DNA of 64,000 nt from a virus: the IMG/VR virus record IMGVR_UViG_3300021957_004671, positions 1 to 64,000 of that record; one strand, written 5' to 3'. Positions 17,892 to 27,849 of this stretch are shown here, piece by piece (position 1 is the stretch's first letter; every line of letters starts with the position of its first letter). The notes below the pieces were generated by a model. The model made no database searches. It worked only from the letters and a program-made list of their open reading frames with translations, and was not told the origin of the DNA. A program made the translations under genes and the position numbers.

Positions 17892-20387
17892 ATGCGATTC
17901 TATACTAACGTTCAATTAATTGGTGATAAGATACTCCATCGTGGGTATGAAGATGGCAAGCGCTTCAGTTATATGGAGCCTTGCCGTCCTTATCTTTTTG
18001 TTTCACCCTATAACGGTCCTACCGACTACTTCACGTTGGACGGTAAACCTGTCAAACGAATTGACTTCGAAACCCCTTACGAAGCTCAAAACTTTATCAA
18101 GCGTAGAAAAGATGTAGGTAACTCTCAAGTACATGGGCTACCCATGTTTGCTTATACCTATATTAACGATAACTATAAAGATGTCGAATATGATGCTGAT
18201 GCGATTCGAGTTATTAATATCGATATCGAGGTCGCTGCTGATGAAGGCTTCCCTGATATCAATCTAGCTGATAAAGAGATTACTGCTATTGCTTTCAAAT
18301 TTAGAGATAAGTTTGTTGTCATTGGTGGTCAACCTTATACTCCTAAACAAGATAACGTCCATTATATTCAAGCTACTAGCGAAGCTAATCTACTGATGAG
18401 GTTTGTTGACGCTTATCGAGCTGTTGATCCTGATGTTATTACTGGATGGAATGTTGAGCAGTTCGATATACCGTATATCATTAACCGTATTAAGAGAGTG
18501 CTTGGTGATGAGTTTGCTAAGAAGCTATCTCCTTTCGGTAAGTTACGTGAGCGTCGTGTTGTTATTGCTGGTCGTGAGAATCTATTCTATGAACCTCTAG
18601 GTGTTTCTACTCTCTGCTACTTGCAAATGTATCGTAAGTTTACATTCGTAATGCGTGATAGTTATAGTCTTAATAATATTGCTCATATTGAACTCGATGA
18701 AAAGAAGCTTGACTACTCAGAGCATGATAGTCTATTTGACTTATATAAGCATGACTGGGAAAAGTTTATTGACTACAATATTCAAGACGTTGAGCTAGTT
18801 GCTCGTCTAGATGATAAGCTTAAACTTATTGAGCAGGTATATGCGATTGCGTATGATGCTAAAGTTAATTATCAAGATACGTTTACTTCAGTACGAATGT
18901 GGGACTTGATTATTCATAACCATCTTATGAATAAGAATATTGTTGTACCTCAATTTAATATGGTCGAGAAAGAACGTCAAGCTGAAGGTGCTCACGTTAA
19001 AGATCCTATGGTGGGTATGAGTAAGTGGGTAGTATCTTTTGACCTTAACTCTCTATACCCTCATTTAATTATGCAGTATAATATCTCACCTGAGACTTGG
19101 AAGGGTAAGATAGGAGCAGCGCCTTCTATAACTGATATTATTGAGAAGAGAGCTTGGGATGCTTATAGTGAGGAGTTAGAGGCTCGTAATGTAGCTGTGG
19201 CTGCAACTGGTGACTTATACGATAAAGACTATAAAGGTTTCCTCCCTACTCTTATGCAGAGTATGTATGATGATCGAGTTGTATGGAAGAATCGAATGCT
19301 TGATTATAAGCGTGAGTATGAGAAGAAGCCTTCAGAGGAACTTACTAAGAAGATTGCTCAATGTCATAATATGCAATTGGCTAAAAAGATTCAACTTAAC
19401 TCAGCTTATGGTGCGTTAGGTAACCAATACTTTAGATGGTTTGATCTTAAGTATGCTGAGTCGATTACTAAAGGTGGTCAGTTATCTATTCGTTGGATTG
19501 AGAAAGCTCTTAATGAATGGCTTAATAAGACTCTCGGTACTGAGAATGAAGACTTCGTTGTTGCTATTGATACTGACTCTGTTTATATTACCTTAGAGAA
19601 ACTAGTTAATAAAGTATACCCTGATGGTGCAGATGATAATAAGATTGTTGACTTCCTAGATAAGTCTTGTGATGAGATTATTGAACCTATTATTGATAAA
19701 TCTTATCAGCAACTTGCTACGTATGTAAATGCTACTGAGAATAAGATGTTCATGAAGCGAGAGAACATCGGTAATAAAGCTATATGGACTGCTAAGAAGC
19801 GTTATATTATGAACGTGTTTGACTCCGAGGGAGTTAGATATGAAGAACCTAAGCTTAAGATTATGGGCATTGAGGCTGTACGATCTAGTACGCCTTCTTC
19901 TTGTCGAGAGAATATTAAGAAGGCTTTGCTTGTGATAATGAATCAGAGTGAAGAAGAGCTTATTCAATTCATTGAAAGCTTCCGTGAAGAGTTTAGATCT
20001 TTACCTTTCGAAGATATTGCTTCACCGCGCGGTTGTAGAGGTTTAAATAAGTATATTGATGCTGCGATGATTTATAAGAAGGGTACTCCGTTACATGTAC
20101 GTGGTGCTTTGATGTATAATCATTTACTGGTTGAGCATAAGATTGAGCGCTTTCAACCTGTGCAAGAAGGTGATAAGGTTAAGTATATTTACTTAAAGTT
20201 ACCTAACCCTTCTCGCGAAAACGTTATTGCTGTATCCGGTCAGTTACCAAGGCAGTTAGGATTAGATAAGTATATTGACTATGATAAGCAATTTGATAAA
20301 GCGTTCCTTGATCCTATGCGTACTATTATTGAAGCGATTGGATGGAATGTTGAAAAGCAAATGACCTTGGAGTCATTCTTCGGATAA
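17892..20387 (+). CDS. 43: DNA polymerase gp43 (family B)
   Basis: Exo DIEV, GWNVEQFD; SFDLNSLYPH, KKIQLNSAYG, DTDS, KKRY. Confidence 0.98.
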   Translation: MRFYTNVQLIGDKILHRGYEDGKRFSYMEPCRPYLFVSPYNGPTDYFTLDGKPVKRIDFETPYEAQNFIKRRKDVGNSQVHGLPMFAYTYINDNYKDVEYDADAIRVINIDIEVAADEGFPDINLADKEITAIAFKFRDKFVVIGGQPYTPKQDNVHYIQATSEANLLMRFVDAYRAVDPDVITGWNVEQFDIPYIINRIKRVLGDEFAKKLSPFGKLRERRVVIAGRENLFYEPLGVSTLCYLQMYRKFTFVMRDSYSLNNIAHIELDEKKLDYSEHDSLFDLYKHDWEKFIDYNIQDVELVARLDDKLKLIEQVYAIAYDAKVNYQDTFTSVRMWDLIIHNHLMNKNIVVPQFNMVEKERQAEGAHVKDPMVGMSKWVVSFDLNSLYPHLIMQYNISPETWKGKIGAAPSITDIIEKRAWDAYSEELEARNVAVAATGDLYDKDYKGFLPTLMQSMYDDRVVWKNRMLDYKREYEKKPSEELTKKIAQCHNMQLAKKIQLNSAYGALGNQYFRWFDLKYAESITKGGQLSIRWIEKALNEWLNKTLGTENEDFVVAIDTDSVYITLEKLVNKVYPDGADDNKIVDFLDKSCDEIIEPIIDKSYQQLATYVNATENKMFMKRENIGNKAIWTAKKRYIMNVFDSEGVRYEEPKLKIMGIEAVRSSTPSSCRENIKKALLVIMNQSEEELIQFIESFREEFRSLPFEDIASPRGCRGLNKYIDAAMIYKKGTPLHVRGALMYNHLLVEHKIERFQPVQEGDKVKYIYLKLPNPSRENVIAVSGQLPRQLGLDKYIDYDKQFDKAFLDPMRTIIEAIGWNVEKQMTLESFFG

Positions 20388-20393
20388 AATAAT

Positions 20394-20606
20394 ATGACAT
20401 TACCTAATGAACGTAAATGGGCTGTTGAAAATACTAGATTGTTTTTAATTAATTTAATGGACCCAAAGAAAACGCCACGTGTACCTAAAGCAGTAAGAAA
20501 AGAAGCTTATCGCTGCCTGAGACATTATCCAGGCGATTATCATATGGATAAGGCAGCAGAAGAAGCACCAGCAGTGTTTGGCAATTGGGATGGTGAATTT
20601 AAATGA
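20394..20606 (+). CDS. Conserved small hypothetical protein
   Basis: MTLPNER...TPRVPKAVRKEAYRCLRHYP. Confidence 0.7.
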   Translation: MTLPNERKWAVENTRLFLINLMDPKKTPRVPKAVRKEAYRCLRHYPGDYHMDKAAEEAPAVFGNWDGEFK

Positions 20607-20968
20607 ACTTAATTAGAAACGCATTACAAACCCCAGATGGGACTATTTTAGAATCTACTCATAGACACGACTATAAGACATATACTGATGCAAACGGCAA
20701 AGAGTATATGGTTGATGGTGGGCTTTCATATCTTCGAAGATCAATTCATGAAGATCAGAAAGATATTTCCTTATACGATAATGAACCTCATGAAGTTCAA
20801 GCTTCAGTTTTAAAGTGGGGCACTTATGGTATTAATGGAGACCAGCCATTGAGTTTTATAAGTATTAGCGATATGGATATTGATCATATTGTAAATGTAT
20901 TAGGAATGGGTAATATAAGTCCTGCTCACAAAAAGTGTATGGAAAACGAATTAAAGAATAGGAGATAA
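20603..20968 (+). CDS. Hypothetical protein
   Basis: LESTHRHDY, MVDGGLSYLRR, WGTYG. Confidence 0.75.
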   Translation: MNLIRNALQTPDGTILESTHRHDYKTYTDANGKEYMVDGGLSYLRRSIHEDQKDISLYDNEPHEVQASVLKWGTYGINGDQPLSFISISDMDIDHIVNVLGMGNISPAHKKCMENELKNRR

Positions 20969-20969
20969 A

Positions 20970-21239
20970 ATGGCTAAAGAATATAATTTTGATTTCGGAT
21001 TCTCAGCGATGGATGAGGATGAACTAGAAGCAGTACAACAAGCATCTGCTCAAGTCACAGAAGCAGCCAGTAACGCTGTTGATATTGAAAACCGATTAAA
21101 TACATTATATAATATGGTACAACCTCTTCTAAACAACTTAAAAGCTAATCCAGAAAAGGGTTACATTTACTGGCCTAATAGATTAGAAAAGATTGAGACA
21201 TTTAGTGACGCAATAGATAAGGTTTACAACGGTAAGTAA
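20970..21239 (+). CDS. Hypothetical protein
   Basis: FDFGFSA, PLLNNLKANPEKGYIYWPNR. Confidence 0.75.
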   Translation: MAKEYNFDFGFSAMDEDELEAVQQASAQVTEAASNAVDIENRLNTLYNMVQPLLNNLKANPEKGYIYWPNRLEKIETFSDAIDKVYNGK

Positions 21240-21242
21240 AAT

Positions 21243-22019
21243 ATGAAAGACCTTTTTAGTATACCGCTGTATCATGAAAATATACTGAATAATAGTTGCT
21301 CTGATGAACTTAATGTAAAGGACATTAATCAATCTGTTATAGATGATTGCGTTGATTTTTATCTTAAAAAGCAAGAGAACTTAGAAGGTACAGATACTAC
21401 TAATCAGACTATAGTACGTACTACTAGTCTTTTTGATGTAAATGGTGAATGGGTTTCTGCAGCTGGAGGCGTAGCAATGACACCGGTTAAGAACTGGTCA
21501 TTGTTAGAGTCAGCTATTACTAGAGAAATTACTAACTATGTAAATTATATTTCGAAATATAATGCACTTAAGAAGAGTACTGAATGGGCTAATGAGACTT
21601 GGTTTAATGTATTAGAGAAGAGTGATACATATGCATGGCATGATCATAACCTATACTTTATTTCTTGCGTTTATTATCCCTCTGAAGGTCCTGGCAATCT
21701 ACCAATTATTTTTAAATCGCCAATGTCTGGTATTATTAATACCTGGTGGCCCGGTCCTACGTTCGGTCGACCAGACATGGATAGATGGAATCAAGAGGTA
21801 GTTATATATCCTAAGAAAGGTGATTTAATTATCTTTCCATCGTGGCTTGAGCATACTGTTAATACTCCTACTCATAGCTTTACTAAGACATCTGAGATGG
21901 TCGATATGAGCTTTGGTCATACTCAAAGAGATAATAGTGTATCATCAGATGATCCTTATAGAGTATCAATTAATGGTAACTATGGATTGAAAGAGGTTAT
22001 AGATGACATTTCTAAATAA
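21243..22019 (+). CDS. Putative 2OG-Fe(II) oxygenase
   Basis: WFN, WHDH, SCVYY, GDLIIFPSWLEHTV, RVSINGN. Confidence 0.82.
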   Translation: MKDLFSIPLYHENILNNSCSDELNVKDINQSVIDDCVDFYLKKQENLEGTDTTNQTIVRTTSLFDVNGEWVSAAGGVAMTPVKNWSLLESAITREITNYVNYISKYNALKKSTEWANETWFNVLEKSDTYAWHDHNLYFISCVYYPSEGPGNLPIIFKSPMSGIINTWWPGPTFGRPDMDRWNQEVVIYPKKGDLIIFPSWLEHTVNTPTHSFTKTSEMVDMSFGHTQRDNSVSSDDPYRVSINGNYGLKEVIDDISK

Positions 22020-22779
22020 CATGAGTATACCACTTAAGGTGGTTGACATATATGAAGAAAAGTTATTTAATAGATTAAGTACTTCTATTATGGACCAATA
22101 TAATTCTCGTGAACTTAAAGATGGTGTGCAATCTCATCTCAATTTACTAGACGAGAAGCAAGATAAAGGTTCAGGTGCTGATCCACTATCTCTTACAGAT
22201 GGTGGTGATGAGATAAAGAAGATAGTAAGACGTGAGATGGTTAAGTACTGTGAGGATCTCGGAGCAGATAAAAGGTTCGTTTATCAAAAGCTTAATTCTG
22301 ACTACGGTATTAGTTGGTGGAATGTATTAGAGAATAAAAAGGATTGGTATCCGATTCATGATCATCGTAACTGGTTTGTATCAGCTGTACTCTATGTAAA
22401 GGTTAACATTAATCAACAACCAACACGATTCAAATCTCCGTTAACTGGATTAATGGATAGCTGGTTTAGACCAGCAGGTAGAATGTTTGGAGTAGGTACT
22501 AATTGTGCACAAGAGTATGACCATTTCGGTACCTCAGGTCAATTACTTATATTCCCACCTTGGTTAGATCATTCAGTTCCTCCAATCATGCCTAAAGAGA
22601 TTGCATCAGTTTTAGAGAACAGTAAACTACCTGGAGTGGATGGAGCGAAGGCTAGATATCAAAAAGCAATAAATGGTAAGACGCCAGTTAGAAGAAACAT
22701 CTCGAATTCATCTATCCTTTGCGATGACAAAGATGAACAAGAAAATGAACCAAGAATTTCAATTGCATTTAATTTTTAA
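22003..22779 (+). CDS. Putative 2OG-Fe(II) oxygenase, paralogue of upstream gene
   Basis: WWN, IHDH, SAVLY, GQLLIFPPWLDHSV, RISIAFN. Confidence 0.82.
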   Translation: MTFLNNMSIPLKVVDIYEEKLFNRLSTSIMDQYNSRELKDGVQSHLNLLDEKQDKGSGADPLSLTDGGDEIKKIVRREMVKYCEDLGADKRFVYQKLNSDYGISWWNVLENKKDWYPIHDHRNWFVSAVLYVKVNINQQPTRFKSPLTGLMDSWFRPAGRMFGVGTNCAQEYDHFGTSGQLLIFPPWLDHSVPPIMPKEIASVLENSKLPGVDGAKARYQKAINGKTPVRRNISNSSILCDDKDEQENEPRISIAFNF

Positions 22780-22780
22780 G

Positions 22781-22809
22781 TTGACTTTAAAGTCAAGCTA
22801 TACTATAAT
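22781..22809 (+). promoter_or_regulatory. Sigma70-type promoter of uvsX-41
   Basis: TTGACT-N17-TATAAT. Confidence 0.8.
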
Positions 22810-22832
22810 AGGTGATCATTAAGGAGTACGTT

Positions 22833-23918
22833 ATGAGTAAGAATAATTTTTTTAGAGATTTAGTTGAAGATATTAAAGATGAGGATACCGTAATTGCAGC
22901 TGACGGTACCGGCTCTGCCGAGTTTACAGGAACGATTGATACTGGTTCCTATATCCTAAATGCTGCTTTATCAGGCTCTATCTATGGCGGTGTACCTAAT
23001 AATAAGGTTACAGCTTTTGCTGGTGAATCCGCTACTGGTAAGACGTTTTTTGTATTAGGTGTTGTACAGCACTTTCTGGCTACTAATCCAGATGCAGGTG
23101 TTGTATATTATGATACTGAGGCGGCTGTTACTAAAGGTATGATGGAGTCAAGAGGGATTGATACCTCGCGAGTTATTCTCGCTGAGCCTGATACTATTCA
23201 AACCTTCCGTCATCATGCGCTTAAAGTTATTGATGCTTACGAGAAGCAACCTAAGGGTCGCCGCCCTCCAATGATGTTTGTACTTGATTCTCTAGGCCTA
23301 CTGTCTACTACTAAAGAGATGGAAGACACCGTCAGCGGTAAGGAGACAAGGGATATGACTAAGGCTCAGCTTATTAAGGCGACCTTTAGAGTACTTACGC
23401 TTAAGTTAGCTAAGGTACGTATTCCTATGTTGGTTACTAACCATGTCTATGATGTTATAGGTTCATATGTTCCTATGAAAGAGATTGGTGGTGGTACTGG
23501 TCTAAAGTATGCTGCGTCGTCTATTGTGATGCTAGGTAAGAAGAAAGATAGAGAAGGTACTGATGTAGTAGGTAATATTATTAAATGTACTATGCATAAG
23601 TCTCGTCTTACTAAAGAGCAGACTAAGACAGAAGTACGACTATCGTTCACTAAAGGTCTCGATCGTTATTATGGTCTAGTAGGTCTTGCTGTAAAGTATG
23701 ATATCTTTAAGAAAGTATCTACTCGTATTGAATTGCCTGATGGTACTAAAACGTTTGAGAAATCTATCTATAAGGATCCAGAGAAATACTTTACTGAAGA
23801 TATTCTTACCAGGCTTAATGAAGCTGCTAAGAAAGAATACTGCTACGGTACAGAAGACGATCCTGCAGATATTGAAGCTGAAGAAGTTGATTTGGAGCTA
23901 GTCGAACAAAATGATTGA
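22833..23918 (+). CDS. uvsX: RecA-like recombinase UvsX
   Basis: DTGSYILN, AGESATGKT, YYDTE, LDSLG, RDMTKAQ, VTNH, GGGTG; AAGGAG SD. Confidence 0.95.
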   Translation: MSKNNFFRDLVEDIKDEDTVIAADGTGSAEFTGTIDTGSYILNAALSGSIYGGVPNNKVTAFAGESATGKTFFVLGVVQHFLATNPDAGVVYYDTEAAVTKGMMESRGIDTSRVILAEPDTIQTFRHHALKVIDAYEKQPKGRRPPMMFVLDSLGLLSTTKEMEDTVSGKETRDMTKAQLIKATFRVLTLKLAKVRIPMLVTNHVYDVIGSYVPMKEIGGGTGLKYAASSIVMLGKKKDREGTDVVGNIIKCTMHKSRLTKEQTKTEVRLSFTKGLDRYYGLVGLAVKYDIFKKVSTRIELPDGTKTFEKSIYKDPEKYFTEDILTRLNEAAKKEYCYGTEDDPADIEAEEVDLELVEQND

Positions 23919-25278
23919 GAAAAGTATTTTCAACGGTCTGCTAAACGATGAAGAGTACGTTAGAAAAACTATACCTTATCTTAAGGAAGATTACTTTTCT
24001 GATCTTGTCGATAAAAAGCTCTTCCTTCTATTCAAAGACTACTATGAGAAGTTTGGTGTTCTACCCTCTAAGGATGCTCTGTTAATTGAGTTATCTGCTC
24101 GTAGTGGTTTGAGTGATGAGCAAGTATCTAATGCATGTGAAGTTATTAGATCTCTCGTACCTGTTGAAGAGAAAGATCGTGAATGGTTAGTTGAAACGAC
24201 TGAGAAGTTCTGTCAAGAAAAAGCTGTCTATAATGCTATTATGGATAGTATTCAGATCATTGATAATAAGAGTCCGGAAGATAAAGGTGCTATTCCGCAG
24301 CTGTTATCTGATGCTCTTTCAGTATCGTTTGATACCCATATCGGTCATGACTTTATTGAGGACGCTACTGCACGTCATGAGTTCTATAATGCAAAAGAAG
24401 TTAAGATACCTTTTGATATCGATCTACTTAATAAAGTCACTAAAGGGGGTCTATCTACGAAGACTCTTAATATAGCTCTTGCTGGCACTGGTGTTGGTAA
24501 GTCGCTATTCATGTGTCATTGCGCTGCTGCTAATCTTGTACAAGGCCGAAACGTACTCTATATCACCTTAGAAATGGCTGAAGAGAAGATTGCAGAGCGC
24601 ATTGACGCTAACCTACTTAATGTTACTATGGATGAACTTAAAATGCTTCCTAAGGATGCATATGATAAGAAGATTGAAAGAGTATCGAGTAAGACTAAAG
24701 GTAAGCTTATTGTTAAAGAGTATCCTACTGCTTCTGCTCATACTGGTCACTTTAGACATCTATTAAATGAACTAAAACTTAAGAAAGGTTTCAAGCCTGA
24801 TATTATCTATGTTGACTATCTAAATATCTGTTCATCTGCTCGCATTAAAGGTGCTGCAGTTAACTCTTATACATATGTTAAGGCGATCGCTGAAGAGCTG
24901 AGAGGACTAGCTGTTGAATGGGCAGTACCTATTGTATCTGCTACTCAGACTACTCGTTCTGGTTATACTAATACAGATGTAGGACTTGAAGATACTTCTG
25001 AATCGTTCGGACTGCCTGCTACTGCTGACTTTATGTTTGCTATTATCTCTACAGAAGAGCTAGAAGATATGGCTCAAGTAATGTTTAAGCAGCTTAAGAA
25101 TCGATACTCTGACCCTAACTATAATAAACGTTTTGTAGTAGGTATTGATAGAGCGAAGATGAGACTATATGATGTAGAGCAAAATGCTCAAGAAGATATA
25201 GTAGATGATGGACCTGCATTTGATAATAGTCATGCTGGTCAAACGATAATGGCTGAGAAGTTTAACGGATTTAAATAA
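23911..25278 (+). CDS. 41: Replicative helicase gp41
   Basis: AGTGVGKS, TLEMAEE, VKEYPT, VDYLNI, SATQTTR, SESFGLPATAD, LKNRY. Confidence 0.97.
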   Translation: MIEKSIFNGLLNDEEYVRKTIPYLKEDYFSDLVDKKLFLLFKDYYEKFGVLPSKDALLIELSARSGLSDEQVSNACEVIRSLVPVEEKDREWLVETTEKFCQEKAVYNAIMDSIQIIDNKSPEDKGAIPQLLSDALSVSFDTHIGHDFIEDATARHEFYNAKEVKIPFDIDLLNKVTKGGLSTKTLNIALAGTGVGKSLFMCHCAAANLVQGRNVLYITLEMAEEKIAERIDANLLNVTMDELKMLPKDAYDKKIERVSSKTKGKLIVKEYPTASAHTGHFRHLLNELKLKKGFKPDIIYVDYLNICSSARIKGAAVNSYTYVKAIAEELRGLAVEWAVPIVSATQTTRSGYTNTDVGLEDTSESFGLPATADFMFAIISTEELEDMAQVMFKQLKNRYSDPNYNKRFVVGIDRAKMRLYDVEQNAQEDIVDDGPAFDNSHAGQTIMAEKFNGFK

Positions 25279-25285
25279 TAAGTAG

Positions 25286-25314
25286 TTGCCTTAAAACGTG
25301 TATGATACTATTAT
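25286..25314 (+). promoter_or_regulatory. Sigma70-type early promoter
   Basis: TTGCCT-N17-TATTAT, with the TAGTTGCC core shared with 17857, 26524 and 62310. Confidence 0.7.
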
Positions 25315-25342
25315 AAGTAATCATTAACGAAAAGGTAACTAT

Positions 25343-25972
25343 ATGAATATTTTTATACTTGATCAAGACCCTAAGCAAGCAGCTATGATGATGTGTGATA
25401 AGCATATCAATAAGATGATTATCGAATCTCAGCAGATACTATCCTGTGTATTAGATAAACGATATCAAGAGCGACATCTATCTAAGGATAAAGATGCTCT
25501 TACTCCCTCCAAACAATTAGGTCTACCTCAATACCCTAAAGCTCATGCTAAGCATCCTTGTACATTATGGGCGCTAGAATCTCGTGCTAACTTTAAGTGG
25601 TTACTTAAGCATACTAGACAGTTAGTATCTGAGTATAGTTTCCGTTACCGTGAGCGTAATGGCGCTAGAAAAGTTCATTCGTTAGAAGGCAATCTCTGCA
25701 TCTACGAAGCTCAAGGTCAGTATCTAAGCTTCCCTAAGGCTAAACTTACTCCCTTTGCTCAAGCCATGCCTGTAGATTATAAAGAGCCTGGTAATGCAGT
25801 TGCTGCTTATCGTACTTACTATCTTATGGATAAGTCGTTCGCTAAGTGGGAAAAGCATCGTGGTGTTCCTACGTGGTATAAATATGGACGTCTAATGATG
25901 CTTCATCAAACCCGCGGGTTCCTTTTACGGAGTACTTTTAATGAAACTATTGAAAGCAAGTTTGCGGCTTAA
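25343..25972 (+). CDS. Pyrimidine dimer DNA glycosylase-like protein (DenV superfamily)
   Basis: MNIFILD, DKHINKMIIESQQIL, HAKHPCTLW, PFAQAMP, AYRTYY. Confidence 0.8.
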   Translation: MNIFILDQDPKQAAMMMCDKHINKMIIESQQILSCVLDKRYQERHLSKDKDALTPSKQLGLPQYPKAHAKHPCTLWALESRANFKWLLKHTRQLVSEYSFRYRERNGARKVHSLEGNLCIYEAQGQYLSFPKAKLTPFAQAMPVDYKEPGNAVAAYRTYYLMDKSFAKWEKHRGVPTWYKYGRLMMLHQTRGFLLRSTFNETIESKFAA

Positions 25973-26520
25973 TGAATAATTTTATTGAGCAATACCCTAC
26001 AGCCTTGTCTGATAATATGTGTGATGAGCTAATTGATGAGTGCGAGTCATTGATCAATAGCCATCACCCAGGCGCTGAGTTTATTGACTCTAAATCCCGA
26101 ATAGATCATAATATATTTCTTAATGAGTTTGATAGATTCAAACCGTATGTTGAAGAGTTAAAGTATAACTTACATAGACATATGAAAGATTATGCTAATA
26201 AGAACGAATTAAATTATAGTCAAGAAGATTTAGAAGATACATTTAAGCTTCAAAAGTCCTCAGAAGGTCAAGGTTTCTTTACCTGGCATACTGAACAAGG
26301 CCACGGTAAGAATAACAGATCAAGATATGCAGTATGGATGTATTATCTTAATGATGTTACCGAAGGAGGAGCTACTGAGTTCATGCATCAAAAGATCTCT
26401 GTACAGCCTACTAAAGGTACATTGGTATTATGGCCTGCTTCTTATACTCATGTACATAGAGCAGCACCTAATCTTAAACAAGAAAAATATATCTTAACTG
26501 GATGGTTTAGATATGAATAG
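25972..26520 (+). CDS. Prolyl-4-hydroxylase-like 2OG-Fe(II) oxygenase
   Basis: WHTE, YYLNDVTEGGATEF, WPASYTHVHR, KYILTGW. Confidence 0.88.
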   Translation: MNNFIEQYPTALSDNMCDELIDECESLINSHHPGAEFIDSKSRIDHNIFLNEFDRFKPYVEELKYNLHRHMKDYANKNELNYSQEDLEDTFKLQKSSEGQGFFTWHTEQGHGKNNRSRYAVWMYYLNDVTEGGATEFMHQKISVQPTKGTLVLWPASYTHVHRAAPNLKQEKYILTGWFRYE

Positions 26521-26523
26521 TAG

Positions 26524-26552
26524 TTGCCTTAAAATACGTTACAGGCTATTAT
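26524..26552 (+). promoter_or_regulatory. Sigma70-type early promoter of dCMP deaminase
   Basis: TTGCCT-N17-TATTAT; ATG follows after 6 nt. Confidence 0.7.
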
Positions 26553-26558
26553 AATAAA

Positions 26559-27041
26559 ATGATGAATAAGTATGATGATGCCCATATGGAAGTCGCTAAG
26601 ACCTATGCGAAGCTTAGCTCTGCGCGACGAATGCAAGTAGGATGTATACTAGTTAAAGATCAAAAGATTATCTCTATTGGTTATAACGGTATGCCTTCTG
26701 GTTGGACTAATGATTGTGAAGAAGTTGTCTTAACTGATAATCCATTACCTAGTGGAGTAGTATCTTTAGGTAATGATATAAAACTAAAAACAAAGCCGGA
26801 GGTTCTTCATGCGGAGACGAATGCAATCGCAAAGGTTGCGCGCTCAACAGAGTCGGCGGAGGGTGCAACGTGTTATACAACCTGTGCTCCCTGCCTCGAC
26901 TGTGCAAAACTCATCTATCAAGCCGGCATCGAACGTGTCGTATACGGACACAGGTACAAAGACGATAATGGATTAGACTTTTTAACTAAATGTGGAGTAG
27001 AGGTACTAGATTATGAATCAGAGACGCGCGAAGACTTATAA
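26559..27041 (+). CDS. cd: dCMP deaminase
   Basis: VGCILV, GYNG, HAETNAI, PCLDC. Confidence 0.93.
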   Translation: MMNKYDDAHMEVAKTYAKLSSARRMQVGCILVKDQKIISIGYNGMPSGWTNDCEEVVLTDNPLPSGVVSLGNDIKLKTKPEVLHAETNAIAKVARSTESAEGATCYTTCAPCLDCAKLIYQAGIERVVYGHRYKDDNGLDFLTKCGVEVLDYESETREDL

Positions 27042-27222
27042 AGCGACTGGCATGGATGACCATCAGGGCATGCGTCAGTTGCAGTTTATTAAAGCATGTA
27101 AGGTAGCATTAGAAGGCTCAGGCTATGACGATGCTGCATTTTATTTTGAACAGATTGAGGATTGGATTAGGTCTGGGAAGTCTCTTGACCCCGCTAAAGC
27201 AGCTCGAATACTGGGGCTGTAA
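27013..27222 (+). CDS. Hypothetical protein
   Basis: 69-aa ORF after GAGG SD. Confidence 0.65.
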   Translation: MNQRRAKTYKATGMDDHQGMRQLQFIKACKVALEGSGYDDAAFYFEQIEDWIRSGKSLDPAKAARILGL

Positions 27223-27223
27223 T

Positions 27224-27838
27224 ATGTCCAAGACAGTATCATATGATGGTTTTATCCATATAGTAAAGGCGACACTCCCTCTAGTAAAAGAAAGGAAAAT
27301 AACACTTGAAGAATTTGGTAGATGCGCTATGCTTGCTTTTGGGGATATTGGGTCTGTACATAGCGGCCTTATTTCTTCTGACATTATCCGTACTCATAAT
27401 CCTACTGGCCGTATGTGGAGAGGTAGTGAAGTCACTCATGAACACTTTAAAACTAGGACAGTTACGTGCAGAGAAATCTGCCAAGAATATCTTGACGGAA
27501 ATCTCACAGACGAGAGACTAATAGAATTAATAGAAGAAGGTCGTAAAGTACACTATGTTACTAAGCAAGAAAATATAGACTTATGTGTACATCAACAAAA
27601 TAAAGACCTTACTACATGGCAGGAGCAATATGAAGCTTGTGGCATTAAACTTGTAAAAGATGTAGAATTATTCGGTAACAAGACTTACTGGTATAGAGTT
27701 GACGGTATTGCATATGCTGATAAGCATGAAGCAGCTGCAGCTCATTCTTGTGGTTCTTCTACCGTAGTAAATAGATCTCGAAATAAGAAGTTTCCTAATT
27801 GGAAGGAATATAAATACACAAGCGAACAGTTTAAATAA
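27224..27838 (+). CDS. Hypothetical protein, possibly with a short C-terminal DNA-binding module
   Basis: ATG 27224; VTHEH motif; C-terminal VDGIAY...AAAAH...NRSRNKKFPNW resembles NUMOD-type tails. Confidence 0.6.
   Translation: MSKTVSYDGFIHIVKATLPLVKERKITLEEFGRCAMLAFGDIGSVHSGLISSDIIRTHNPTGRMWRGSEVTHEHFKTRTVTCREICQEYLDGNLTDERLIELIEEGRKVHYVTKQENIDLCVHQQNKDLTTWQEQYEACGIKLVKDVELFGNKTYWYRVDGIAYADKHEAAAAHSCGSSTVVNRSRNKKFPNWKEYKYTSEQFK
27809..27816 (+). promoter_or_regulatory. T4-type late promoter
   Basis: Exact TATAAATA at the head of the late block. Confidence 0.7.
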
Positions 27839-27849
27839 TCGGGTGTATA

